64,000 nucleotides of DNA from Fimbriosthenelais zetlandica (lineage: Eukaryota): assembly GCA_977030845.1 (NCBI GenBank), contig OZ365113.1, positions 13,764,001 to 13,828,000 of the forward strand. Direction: 5' to 3'. A program made the position numbers and the translations under genes. The notes under the pieces are model-generated. The model did not search any database, had not been told where the DNA came from, and worked only from the letters and a program-made list of their open reading frames with translations. Shown here piece after piece: positions 13,901 through 28,900 of this stretch; the first letter of the stretch is position 1, and each line of letters begins with the position of its first letter.

Positions 13901-16900
13901 TCTGTGGTGTAAACACTGGACCTATAGCTCCACGGGAATGATCATGTCATGGTGCTCTAAGATTCAAAGACTGTTTGTGTTTGACAGCACACCTTGCCCC
14001 AGTTCTTACCCCTTGGAATATATACTGTATGTACGGTATTGAGCGCTGAGGATCTACTTGTAAAAAGATCCATGGTGTGTACAGGGAAGTGACAGGTATG
14101 TCCTTTAACGGTTTTAGATTCCTTTATTTGTTACATTGAAGCCCATAAAATGTAGTTATATTATATTTGATATAATTTCTTTTGCCTATCAGGCCTAAAT
14201 GAGTCTACCTATTAGTCTACTTCGTCATACAATTACCGGTAGACCTATTTCACATGTATGTCTTATTAACTGGTTCTGTTTGTTTTGCCAATATCTTGCT
14301 AGATTTATTAATAGGTCAGTGTTATAATATCAGTGAATCAGCCATGTAACTAAATCATTCCATTGAACCTATAACAGATGGAAGGATTGCTTGTTTCCTG
14401 CAAACCACAAGACCCCATAATTGTGGCTGTCATAATGATTGACAGAATAGTATCACATGTTTCATGGCAAGCCCCTCCTCTTTATTAGGACTTGCCCAAT
14501 ACATTATTACACAATTTTTCCATTAGATTTATTTTTAACCAAGGAATAATTAATTTATATAGGATAAATTTAGATTTTTCCACATACACAGATGTAGACC
14601 CCCCACTAGTGTGAGAAACGGGTTTAAGTACAAACATGCCTGGGATCCTCTCTTTCCCTGTTAGAATCCTCCGTCCCAATCCCTAACACAGATGGTGGCC
14701 CTTCTCTATTATGCTACAAAATAGGTCCTAACCCGCACAACACATGGAAACCCTATATTTTGTTAGAAAATAGGTTTCAGATCTGAGCACATAACAAGTG
14801 TGTTACAGTTTGACACAAGCTTAGCTAGTCTTACTTCTTGTTTTCCCTACACTCCCCGGAAATCCTTTTTCCTTTCCTTACTTTATAATTATACTCCTAT
14901 TCTCGATTCGTCCTGTTTTCACCCATTTTCCAGTCCCCCTTTCCCTTTCTCTATTCTTTCACATCTCCTCCCTGTTCCCACCTCCTGTCTCCTCCCCTGT
15001 CCCCTCCCCCTCCCCCGCCACCGCCCCCGCCCCCTCCCCCTCCCCCGCCTGTCTTCTGTCGGAGGATGATCCTCCGCATCTACTCGTAGAGTAACATGTG
15101 TGATGCCCTCAGGCACTAGCACGTGCTAATGACCACCAACAGATGTCACTGGTGCATATAATCCTCTCTGTCTCTTCCAATAATCTGTGACTGGCTAACT
15201 GACTGATGGAATAGTCAATACACTAGTAGATGTCTGCCTTACTGGCTGTCTTATTGGCTCACTGGCTGACTATTTCTCTCACACTCTCACCCAAATTGTA
15301 GTCCCTAATTATATTTTTCATGTAATTTATTAGTGGTTATATTATTCAACATGTCCACCTGGCCATCTGTCAATGTACAGGTGTCATCTGAGGATGAACA
15401 GGTCAGGATAAGGTCACCAAGATGGTCAGTTAATGACAGTAGGTCACCACAAATTAGCTAGACATTTCCAAGAAAAAGGCTTATATGTATATTGCCGATG
15501 AAACCAGGCGAGTCCTGAAATATATACCTTTTGAAGTATGGTCAATAAAACAGTCAAACAACAACACTGCCACTTCAAGCCAGTGTGGAAGCATAGTTGG
15601 AGGTCCTACTTTCAGTTTCGTATTCATGGTTATTTGCCATAATGTAATACAGACATACTGATGTTTAGAAGGTGATTGATTCACAGGAAGTCATTAATGA
15701 TACATCCGTAATATCTGTAAATAGTGACAAACATTAGGGACTTTCCTCTGTGCTTATTTTCCTGGTAAGCTGACTGGTGGAGTAACCAACCAAAATGGAG
15801 ATGAGTCAACTATGACTTTAGTTACAGTTCCGTTAATTTTCACAAGTGACAATCCCGCCTTCCTTTATTATGCTAATTTGCTAGATGTGTACATCCTTGC
15901 CCTTTTTCCTTTCCATACAGCGCGTAGGATCGTGCTGAGTAAGTAAAGATATGTACTGGAGTGGTTGACATATATTAGTATTAGATAAATTCAAATGATA
16001 CAAGTCATATTGAATATTGTCACCTTACAAGTGTTTGGAAATGCATTACATTTCTTTGGCAGTTTCCTAGTTTCCAGTTAGACTGAGTTTCCTCTTTGCT
16101 GGAAAATCTGCTAGTTGTTATCTAGGGGGAATTACCATTTAATGCATGTTCCTAACGTAGACCTTATTCAATTGTTGCTAATTTAACACTGACAGTTATT
16201 GAAATTTATTACTTCAACTGATGGAAGTAAGCTAATTGTACCCCTCGTGTTCATGGGTAACCAGATTGTTAGATTTTTCTATAGAGACAGTGGCGTTTCA
16301 CATATCTTTTGTATCTCCTGTTTTGCTCTACATACACTTTATATACAACCAAGCTGTAAATTGGACAATGATAGAGCTGCCTCTATTTATAAGTATAAAG
16401 TCGGTCTCTGTTCATTGTGGACGACCTCCAATATAACCGTCTTAAGAAAAGATTAACTGTTTTTGTGTGGTAGGCTTAGAACCTGTACTTAAGTGGAAGG
16501 AACCTGCTTGAAACGCGGACTGAACCATTTTCTACGCTAGCTACAAGTTGTCCCATTGCATAATTTTACCAAACTTTATACCCTCTAAGTCCTTTTGAAG
16601 TGAGGAATTGGACTAGAAATAATCCGGGTGAGGGTATTTTAAGTTTTCCTGCTCCCTTGAGGTCCTGGGTGGTTAGAATATTTCTATACAGTATAGTAAT
16701 AAATATTTACAATATATTTATATATAATAGTCATTGTATCTGTCATCATCCAGATATATTATACAATATCTTTAACTCTGACTTTCTTGGTTATACAGGA
16801 GGAGGGGAAGGCATGATGGCGGAGGGAGAGAAGATGAACAGTTCAGGAGCGTTTGATTCTCACCTGCCCAGCTCCATCACTGAGGTCGATCCTCAGGTGA

Positions 16901-19900
16901 CAGAGTCAGGCATCGCTGTCTATTCCGGTGAGTAACATAGTATAGCGTCATCTCATAAAATACACAGTTTTAACATTATATTAATTATGACTGACGAAAT
17001 AATTTTAGTAGATGGTGGCCGTTTACATGGTATGTTAAAAACACTCGCGTTGAAATTCCATACCTTAATGCTAACTAAATAGAACATTTCCGAACATCTT
17101 CATTGTCATTTTGGATTCGGATTAACCAAATAATTGATGGTTTTCTGATATTTTTTATTATAATAACATATACAAGGCCTGTGCTTTTAGAACTTAACAA
17201 CATTATACAGTTACTGACTTATAAAGGTGAAGTCCAAACAACAGACCTGTGTTAAGAATAGTCTGCTGTATTGTTGCCAATAAGTCAATCGATTCACGCC
17301 TGACAGGTGAAAGGAATGGGATAATTATCATCCCAGGTGACCAAGCGATTGGTTTTGACTTGTAGCAGGGCCTTAGGGCTGTACATTGGTAAACATGCCC
17401 TCCCTTTCCCGCCCCTTACCTCAGAGCTCAATACACTTGTGCTGCCTCCCAGGACGTATCCACTTCTCCTTTAATTATCAGTCCATTCACTGCTAAAAAG
17501 AAGCCATATAGCTTTTCATGTAGGAACGCCTCAGTAGGAAAGGAACATATTGTAGGGGGAAATGATTGTATATTATTTATGGAAAATGCTGAAATTTGAG
17601 ATCCTTGGATGAATAAGATCTATAAGTAATATTAAAGTAATATATGATTATCCACTTGATCCCCATTCTGATTGCTGATTGGTTTCACTGTAGTGGTGGG
17701 AAATGATGGACATGTACAATATGTGTCTTTCCGGGGCCACCACCAGCTGGTCTCAGGTGAAGTTTGTGATTTTCACTCTGATCTCTGTCCTCTGTTTCCA
17801 GGATACGCAGACAGTCACGGTAGTCGACTGGTGGGAATCTTATGTAGACACGATGGTTGGAGTTTAGAACAAGTTACAACCAAGGAATTGACCAATCTAT
17901 TCCTCTACTACAGGTCTCTTCCCAAGTAAGTTATATATTTCATTTAATCTCAGTAGCAGTGGAATAATTACAGAACATTTTGTAATTTACATTTGTATGT
18001 CTACCCAGTTCAGATTTCCTGTACTAACACTAGATTGGTTTCTTTTTCAGAGGTGAAAATAGAAATAAAGGGTTTACTTTAATTGTGGAAGCTCGAGGAG
18101 CTACTTTACCCATTATCAACCAATTACTGGAGACCATTTATATGATACATGTAAGTGATTTTCTTTTTCCCATATATGTGATATATCAAGCCAGGAATAG
18201 CTCTTTCATACAAAGTGTATATAAAATAGATGTCAATATGGACTTAAGAGCACTTAGATAAGCAGATCCGTTCACTTATTCACTTTGTCAACCGTACTCT
18301 GTTACATAACTCGTTTGATATTCATCGCTAATTTAATTCACTTTCGGATGGATAATAAGACCGGCGGTTCACTGTATCTTAATCCTTGTTTAATAAGAGG
18401 ATGTCTGAAGTTTATGAATATTTATGGTTTGATGTTTGGACATTAACTTATTACGTCGAAGATTAAAAGCTTGATAAAATGAAAACGTACATTTTAAAAA
18501 TTGGGCAATGAAGTAAAATGATGAAGATGCTGTATAAAAGAGAAATGAATGGCAAGATGAAAAGGATAAGCAGAGGAAGACGACGAAGATAATGGATTGA
18601 AATAGGATAATAGTATTTGGTTTTAGAGGATCTAAAATTAAAATTAGAGCCTCCAAGAGCTTGGGGGCTTTATACTTTATATGAAAAAGACTAGAGACTT
18701 GGGGCCTGTTGACACATGTCATGAATGACAATGTTATGACGGGTTCTCAGTGACTGCCGTGTCAACACGGATTGTTGTGGTTCCTGGCGAAAGCTAGAGA
18801 CAATACAGGAACATGACTGGTTCCTTGTCATAAGAAGACTTCATATAGAATAGTTAAAAATAGCAAAAGTATGGAATGTGCTTAGTTACATGTACATACC
18901 AGGAGGACAGTCTGAACTAAATCTTACAGAAACAATTCATTGAGAAGGCTGGGATTCTTATATCAAGAATTAGTTCTATTTTTAACGTCTTTTCTAAAGA
19001 GATTCCCTGTCAGATTAAGTGTGGGACCTCTACTTTGATTAAAGATTAAGAATAGGTTTACACCTGCAATAAAGCTTGCGAATCCTTTTTTTATTTAAGT
19101 TAAGTATATCCATGAGGAAAACAGTAATTCTATCGCTTTTTCTTTTGGGGAAAGTAAGAATTAATCTGGTAAGGTTTCCGTTAGTCAACCTGATGAATTC
19201 TATGTTACATTGGACTGTTTTTTTTCAGGAAACGTGTCCAGATGCAATAGCCATAGTCCATCTTCTCGCTGACCGCCAGGCGCAGTCACTTCTCTTCCGC
19301 TCACCTGTCTTCCAACCTCAACTAAATATCAAAGTCAGTCACTGTTTGTTTCTCAACGTTTTCATAGTTTTATCACTACATGTACAATGCAAACCTGGCG
19401 ACCATTTGTCTCGCCTCTCTCTCTATCAGTCCGCGTGGTATTGAAGTCGACACCGAGAGTTCGATTGGAAACAAATCGAGATTTTATGAAGGACCCTAAA
19501 TTGTGATACACATGAATTATAGTAGATACTTATTACACTTTATCTATAACCTCTGTCAGCATGATTTGTACTAAGTGGAATAATCAGGCTTGATGTAGTG
19601 TATTAGATATTGATCAATATAAGATAGAAAGGCTGTATTGACCACTTTAAAAATGATTCATGGCAATTGAATAGCTCACATCTTTAAGCCTAATAATTTG
19701 ATAGAAAGATGTATGTATAAAGAATATAAATCTGTCCTCCACAGATCGACCTAGTCACAAGTTTAGAGACACTCTACAAGTTCGTACCGCCGCCCCATCT
19801 ACCGTCAGAATTAGGAGGTCAGCTACAACATAACCACCGTCAGTGGGTGGTCTTTAGACGGGTCAGTCTTAACACTTGTCACTTACTTTATCTTTCTTTC

Positions 19901-22900
19901 CTGTCTTACATCTCATCATGTTTCTGAGTATTTCTCCTTCATTCTCCCTTCACTGCTTTCTTCATTCTAAGTATTTCCCTACTTCAATTATCACAAATTT
20001 GCAATCTTATCAATATTTCCTTCAACAGATTAAAGAAATTGTGTTGTTTGCTAGGATGATGTCAATGGGTAGATATCTAGGTTTATGAAGGGAGTGAGTG
20101 TATATGGTTCGGAATTCGGTCATACATATATATGTCCATATTATAGGAAGGTAGTTAACGCAGGATGCATGTATTCAACACCTTTGGGTGAATAAGTGAC
20201 CTAGTGTTTTACTTGGTGGTATAATGATGTCTTGTGAATAATTGACCTCAGCTATAACCCACCCTGACTCAGTTATGTTGCCAGTACTATCTATACTTTG
20301 TCATTTTCGGTTTAAAATCCGACCAAAGTATGAAGTGAAAAAGTTAAGAGGGAATTCAATATGTAGTTTCCAATCATATACACGTACATCTTGAACCCAG
20401 ACATCTTGACATTTAAAGAGTAATGTATCTTTGCTGGCCCTGGAAACAAGGCTTTTTAAAGGTTACCATACAACAAAACAGTGAAAGGTGCAGGATTGAG
20501 TTGACTTCAGATATTACAATAGCTTTTTAATGAGTCACAACTCATTACACGTCCTTGTAGGTAGCTTGCCAACACTGGTCTTGGCACAGGATCTGAAGAC
20601 TCGTCTAGAACAATGTGTACATTTGACACCTTTTACTTATTATTTACAACTTACTCATGACACGTTTTAATATGGTGCAAATAATGCGATGAATATTGAG
20701 TGGAGACTATGATAATTCTCTAAACTATTTTGACTTATGAATTTTTAATTTTTTTTTTTAATTTATCTATATTTATACAGGAGGGGAGAAAAGTATACAT
20801 TTAATCCACGAGCACAGTCGGGCCGAGTTTAATACGATTAACAATTTATATTTGCATATTTCAGCAATTGGACCCCTTGCTGATGGAGTGTCAGAGGCTG
20901 GCCCGGCATCTTGTAGACGTGATGTCTGAACTCTCACGTGTAGATCGACCGCCGGACACGCTGGAGGAGACGCGGGCAGAACTAGAGCGACATGAGCGAC
21001 TGGTGAGGGAGGCCATGGTCCTCCGTGAGGAGCAGCTCCAGGCGTTAGACTGCCACAATGTGATGGCCAGGTGTCTGGCCATGGAGACAGAGCTCAAAGT
21101 CTCTCTAGATTACAGGTATATAGGCCCTTTAGTCATCATTACAAGCAGGACCATGTTAAAATATCTATATCCAGACATCAAAAAAATGCTGTCTCTGATA
21201 TTGTCTTCTTTCTGTCTGCCTCTTCTTAAAATAACCTACCGTACTTGCCGGTGTATAACGCGCAACTTTTTGACCTGGTAATTGGCCAAAATCGGGGCCT
21301 GCGCGTTATACACCGGAGCGCATTATATATGGATTTTTCTCACATGGTGACTGCCAAATTCGATCTAAGTTCGGCGGGACCATGCTTGTCAGACTTCAAA
21401 GGGACGCATGGTGGGAGGCAGCCGACTATGTCCACGGATTAGTGGTCGGCTAATTAGTCCATACAGAAAAGCTATGTTGCCTTGAGATGGCTATTGTGTC
21501 TGGGAGGACGCTGTCTGGGGTGGGAGAAACGGGTATACAAATTGCGCGTTATACACCGGTGCGCACTATATATGGATTTTACTTGAGAGGTAGGGGGGTG
21601 CGCGTTATAGTCCGGAGCGCGTTATACACCGGCAAGTACGGTATTCATGTTGACGATGGAGGAATAAATCACGTCAATGGCCATGTCATAGTGGGTGTAT
21701 TAGGCCAGTTTTACAGCCCCCAGTTGTTTAGGGTAAATTATGCTTTTATCCACCGGAACAGTCCATATGATTAATGAAGTCGCGAGTAAAAGGTGAGGTG
21801 ACAAAGGAAGTCCCTGTGGCACCCCATGCCAGGGGCTATTCTGCTCATTTCTATAAACCACCTAATAAATCACATTTTACCCTAACCCCAATATTTTAGA
21901 CCCTAGCTCATTCCATGCGTAATGCAAAAAAATGACTTGAAATGAAACTAGAATATTGCCCTACAATAAAGGCCTAATAGTAGCACTTTTTTCCCTCCAC
22001 TATCTCATTATCCGAGATAATGCACTTGTATATCTGTGCACCTGTAACTTAGGCTTATGTGTACATATGAGGGAAACAATGCAGCTATACACATCGATGA
22101 TAGATCATTATAGATAGAATATAGACAGCCCTAAGGCTCTCAGCGTGATAAGCTGAGGGACGCTAGTTTTTCATCCTCTCATTCTATTTGACTTTACTGC
22201 TATACACCTCCGGGCTTGAATCCTTTTGAAGCTGGAGTGTACCAGTAACCCTTCACAACGAGGCTTTGTTTCAAACAGCAATTCATAATATGAAATTACA
22301 GTGTCTATCACAACATGTGTAATGATATATTGGTGCTAGGGGACAGAGTCAAGCCATGTTATTATATTGTAGACATTTAGATCGGTTCTAGCACCAACTT
22401 TTAGTCTGCTTTTCACTGGAGATAGCCTCTGGTGTTCATACATTATCAAATATTTCAAGTGAGGGAACCTAGTTATCCTGATAGTTTTATATAAAGGATT
22501 AATCAAGAATTACCTTGACTGGCTTAAACTCATGACATAAGTTATTCACTGTTATGTATTACTGCAGGAGATACGTTATCACCCTGATAACATGGTTATT
22601 GATGTTTGGCTATTTCTGTCATTTTTCATACTTTTATTACAGAGAATCAATGGAGTACGCTCAGTGCCTAATCAGACAGATCGAGGAGACAAGTCTACAT
22701 GCCGCCACTCTAGCTGATACCCGCCGACTGAAGCTACAACAATGTCTGCAACTCAGACTCTTTGAGGATGAGGCCTCACAGGTAGGCTGGCTTGGACTCA
22801 ATCGATTCTGTGGACACTATAGAGGTTTTTCATGAGACGTCCAAGGCGTCACAATGCAACGATCCGCTATTTTGGACGTATAGCACTGCACGTCTATGAC

Positions 22901-25900
22901 ATAGGCTACGTCCTAACGACATTCATGTACAATGGCAGCTTCTAGTGAGCCGACTGCTACTATTATTTCAATTTTTGCAAGCCATGTTGTTTGGACGTAG
23001 ACAACGTCATAGAAGTGCAGTGCTATACGTCCAAAATGGCGGACCGTCGCATTATGACGCCTGGGACGTCTCATGAAAAATCTCTATACATGAATGATAA
23101 TGTGTGATAATGACTAATGTAAAAGCTACATTCGGAGGCTGAATTAAATTCATTCTTGTATCCTTAATCAAGGATACTCTATTTACTCTACTATCCTTGC
23201 CTTAATAACATAGACCATTCCGCAGCTGGGGATTGAATGATTACATTCCCCAAGGCCTGTGAACTTTTAGAATCACAAACTGGAGCATGTGAATTAGATT
23301 GTCCCTTCTAGGCATAGAATCTCTTCATTATCTTGTCATGAAGATCGCTCTCCTTACATAATAATTACTTGACCTCACGTCATGCTTCCTCTCCCAACTT
23401 TAAATGGCTACCATAAATACTTAATGGCCTGCTTCATTCATTAAATCATATTTTATATTTTAAAAAAGGCTACACACGTGTATTAAACGTTTTCTTCTAT
23501 CCATTTGTGATACTTATGTGGTACTTTTAATCTCGAGTGTCTACAGCTTTGCTCTGAGTGCTTCAATGAGAGATTTTACGGTAATTTTCCCTCTTTCTAC
23601 CTCAGGTGATCGGCTGGTTGGACACAGAGGGAGAGAAGTGCATATCACTCCACTCCAAGCTGTCGTCAGGCATTAAAGCCATCCGCCAACAACAGAAGGA
23701 GTTTGATAAATTCTACTTCGCAGCTACAGTAAGTTTTCATTTACTTTTTTATATACACATTTTAGTGATATAAGGAGTTCGGAATCCAAAGTTAACATTA
23801 ATGTAAAGTTGCAATGAACAGACCCTTAAATAACTTTAAATAAATGTAAACTATATATATATGTATATATAGTAGGAGTGAAATGGCCCAATGAAGAGGG
23901 GAAAAATATGTAAAGCGCTCTTGAACATGCAACTACATGGAAAGAGCGCTATATAAATCTGGTATATAAAATGTGAATTGACATTAGTCACGGATATAAA
24001 TATAACCATAGTGGACACCAGTAGTCCTTTAATTCCATGCCATCTGGATCTTCTCCAAATGAGCAGCACATAAAAGTTTGATAGCCTTTGATGTTGTCAC
24101 GACCAGGTTGGTGAATGGACGCACCAACTTCTGACTTGTGACGCAGAAAAAGAGCTATGTCTATACAAATGTTGCCATGGCAAGCCTTACTCGAGACCAG
24201 ATTTACGACCAATTCTCACTTTTCATCTATGATTTCATGAGTATAAGCCAAAATATCCAATAACAACTGACAATTGAAAGCTTTTCGTTCTGGTCGAGAT
24301 TTGTGGCCATTTGTTGTTTGCCTTTTATCTAACTTTCTCTGCTGTAAAAGTAGTTGATAGAAATTGTAAATTGCGAAATGATTGCAGCACCGTTGTGTCC
24401 CGAATACATTATCGCCACGGGATCTCAATTGTTTTCTTCTCAAATTGAGTTTTAAAAGGCGAGGAGACGCAATAGGGAAAGAGCTGTCACCATTTGTAAG
24501 TCAAGTGCTACAAAAATTGATGTATCCCCAGACTACCTGTTTATGTTCACACTCGTGCGGCTTAAAGAGGGGATACTCTAATCATTGATTGCTTTATTTT
24601 TTGTTTCAATGAATGTTCTTGATTAAAACTATTGAGAGGGAGAAACCCTAGTTCCAACATAGACATGAGAAAATATGTTAGTTCCATTGTTCTTCAGAAT
24701 GTGGAATGTATAGCAGCAATTGGCAAAGAATTTCACCGAGAAACGTTATGATGCTCGAGAGGGGATTTCCACTATCATTTAGTGATTTTGACTGTCATTC
24801 TCTTCCATTATACCATACAATGACCGAGTTTTCGTTGGGATTGTAGACAGCAATTTTAACCTTTATATTCCCCCCTTTTGAAGTGGCAATAATGACCCTT
24901 GTATTGCCCAGCTTGAGCCACAGCCAAGGACCCTTAAGCATGTGGTGTTGGGGCACTGTTAGAGGAGGTAGAGTTGGTGTTGTCATTTGGCAATGCCCTC
25001 AGGTGCCCTTTAATGTGGCCCTCTATCACAGGCCCCTCTGTAATGTTAGTGCAGCAACGGATCCGTAACCTGTCACTTCAAAGTAATGGTTGTTCTGGTT
25101 GGGTGGGAGGGCCCGGGAAAGTAGGGTTGAGGTGGAAAGGGGTTGAATCCCAAATGTGGGTATAGGTGGGAGGTAGGAGGTGAATGGTGTTAGCTCAGGT
25201 AAATGGGGTTGTAAAATAAGGTATTTCAATTGAGAATGGATATTTATGATTTCATGAAGATTAGTATTTGTACCTTTATGAATGCTGCAGGACCGGATGA
25301 TGTTCTGTTATAGGCTTGGGCCTTGCTTGCCCTCAGGCTTTCCATCTGTCCCCCTCCCTACCCCATACCTCCCCTTCCCCCCACCTACTCCCACCCCTCC
25401 CCCCCCCATCTACTCCCACCTACACACATGTCCACAACCAAGTACCCACAACCATCAATTCTCAATACATCACAGAGCTGCTAGTGCAAACGTAGAGGAT
25501 GCGTGTGGCGAGTGGACAAATGTATATGTACCTACAAAACAATTGAATGGACACAAGGCTTTATCAGTGCTAATGGATCTTTTACTCCATGCCTATCATT
25601 GACTGATCGTTTCATTGTGTGTCACATAGTAACACTTTTGTATACTGCCTGGAAAGTACCCTGTGGACAGGGTCCTATGCATGTAACCAGTCTCTGAACA
25701 CTCTTGCTGTAGACTGAGTCAATGCCCTGTGGAGCCTAGGATAATGCTCTGTGGCTTTTTTTGGCTTAGTAGGAATCAAAGGCAGATTTCCATGGATCAC
25801 CATTTATCGGATCAAAATCTTGGATCTTTTCTGAAAATACTGACTTATGGACAATAGATTAGAAGATATATTATCAATTGATCATATATATTATAAGGAC

Positions 25901-28900
25901 AAGTACATGTATATGAGAGATATATGTCCATCAAATTTAAATATATTATTACATATTGTTTAAACCTATTTGGAGAGAGGGGTAGATAGAGACGTATGAT
26001 TAAGAGGAAGACTGACAAGTGGTCTTTTTTGCTGATTGACTTTTGAATGATTGCCACCTCAGGCTCTATGGACACGCCCTATTGCTCATGGAAATTGGTC
26101 CCTCGTCCGGATAAACTCACAATCTTATGTGGGAAAAGCTAGAGTGAGTGGCTTTGTTTTTGGCTGAGTACAGATTCACTTATTCAAGGGAATATTACTC
26201 AGGCTCCTTATCCCTATCAAAATTATTCATGCTGGACCTTATTTGCCTCGGGTGTTAAATATAGACTTCCTGATGTTAAAATTGGATCGATATTGAGTAA
26301 TACATTACCCTAATTTTTCATTTTGCATTAATTTCTATGAATGAATCAATTGTTGCTTTTGCTTAAGGCTAGTAACATAATCCAGGTTATCATTATGTTA
26401 ATTTATCATGCAGGTTTATACTACAAATGTCCCACTGGGACTTATGCTCATTCAATTCATGAAATTTACCCTGGGGCAATCATTTTAGTACATTAGTTTA
26501 ATTCGAGAGGAGCATTACCTAATGTGTGTGCAATAGTGTGACTGGAGCCAGGAGCCCATCGACAACAATTTTTATCCTAAAGCGACCCTTGTTTATGCGA
26601 ATTGATAAAATCTATAATTGACTCAATTTTATGGAAAATGATTGAAAGATGTTTTTGGACATATATATGACCCCAAAATTGACACAAAATACGGAAGGGA
26701 TTATTATTATGGCCAAAATAGCAGCAGGTAGGAACAGATGCTGCTAATGGTGCTTTAACCAATGGGCAGGCACACTGATATGTAGCTGGCCTTCATGGTA
26801 AATGTTAATCCATGTTAGTCATGTAACGTGTTTCCATGTTGGAGCACGAGAGTAGAGAGATAGTGAAGTAACAGCTGGTCTAGCCTGGATACACCATGCT
26901 CTCTGTGGATTGATAGTAAATCAGGAATGCTTTATGTGCGAGTTAATCCAAAAGCTTGATCACAATGAAGCTTAGGTTACTAGCACTTTATCATGAGGAC
27001 CAATCAATATATATAATCTAACCTTTTTCAGATGGCTTGGTCGTGTAAGTTCACACTGCATGACTCACTCTTATTTTAGCAGAGTAATAAACTCACATTG
27101 TTTTAGGGCATACCAAAACATTGGAGCTATGCTAAATGACTTGTTAACCTATTTCAAGGATTTTGTATCTGAAGGGTTAAGACAGAATAGGGTTAACCGT
27201 AGTACACATGAATGAGCCACGGAACCTGGAAACATAAGGTGGAAGGTTGAATATGGCTCGAGGGGACATATATCCAGAGGCATGAATCTATAATAATTGC
27301 TTATCTTCATTACTTCTTTTTTTCTTCTTTCTTTCGTCCTTTTCATGGTCTTAAATTCAAATTTATTCGTCCACCCATCTTCCTTTTCATTTCTTTTAAC
27401 TTTTCCATTTTCGTCTTAGATAATGTAGCTACTGATATATGATGTTTTCATCTTAGCATGGTCACATCTTAATGCTTTGTCATTGCCTCAGGGTTCTTGC
27501 AGAAAACCAACACTATCAGTGAAACATGGTAATAAATCACCACCAAACATCTTCCAGGTACCTGTCAAACTGCCAATGGCTTGATTGTCAATTTAAATTT
27601 CATTTCTGTCATATTTGACTGTCAATCTATTGTTCATCATTCTGCTGTTGAATGAAGTTAGTTGAATGAATATCCAAGTCTAATTAGTGTGATATTCAAC
27701 CCTATATAGACCATATCATATGATTTCCTTTTGAGGGATAAATCAATTTCAATATTTAAAAAATGGTTTATGGTTTGTTAGTAGGCATGAGGAGAGTATT
27801 TGGAGGTGGGAGGCTGGTTTAGTTTATGAGATCACGACCCTGTGTGTTACATTGACATGCTGTCACTCTCAGCTCCTTCCACTGGATTAGCCTTAGTCTA
27901 AACATGTTAGCAACAGTAGCCAACCCGACTTTGAGTGAGGCTTGAACACCTCAAGGATGATTTAGTTTGAAATATTCTTCTTTTTAAAAAAAAAAATCTT
28001 GTCACCCACTTACACTATAGGGGAGGCAAATACCGAATCCGTGTAACTGGTTGCTGCCATGATTCAGATTCAAAATCTTTCATTTCTTTTGGAAATTGAA
28101 ACAATAAGAAATTAGAAAAAATAGGTAAAAGATCCTTTAATGAAAAACCAAGGTTTGTAGAAATAGACAGAAACTTCCAAGAATTTCATTTTTTAAATGA
28201 GTTTGATTTGAAGTTTAACAAACTGAAGAGGAGGTTACAGATGAACAAATTGTAACACAAATGAGTTAAAACATATGAATCATGCAGGCATGCAATGATA
28301 TTGCGCTCCAAGTGGCCGTGTATCTCAACTCAAATCCACGGCAAAGTTCAAAGTGCTATAGGAACAGACAGTGTTACGCCACGGGGGTTTACTGTACATT
28401 TAAGGCTTGATCAACTGTAGCAGGTCAGAGTTCAGGTTAGCTTAAATGGGATTGACCTGGTAAGTTTGACCCTCATTGGCCAGAGGGGGACATCTGTTGT
28501 GGGTGCCCAACCATACTCCACTGACTTGCTTATACACACCCATTGGCCTACAGTACCATCATACTCTGTCTAAAATATCAATCCTATGATTAACATTTCT
28601 TGTCATATAAATATAAACATCATTAAGTCATGTTCAGCTTCCCTCCGTTGTCCGTATTCAGGCATATCCTGGGAACACTTCTATACCTTGAAACTATTTA
28701 ATGAGTTGACTCTAATAAACATTATATTCAGTTGATGCTTGAGGAATTCTATCGAGGGTTTACAGTATATTTTATGGCCACCTCTCATTCGGTGGATGGT
28801 GGTACAACTGTCTGCACGATTGGTTTCCAGCAATTTGGAAATAAAATCCATGAGAAAGACACGTGGCCGCTTCCCCCGGGGGCCTAAATCCACAGCTTGC

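Noticed and set aside
15687-15764. Exon bounded by tcacag and ctg|gtaagc
   Set aside because: All three frames contain stops and there is no in-phase ATG
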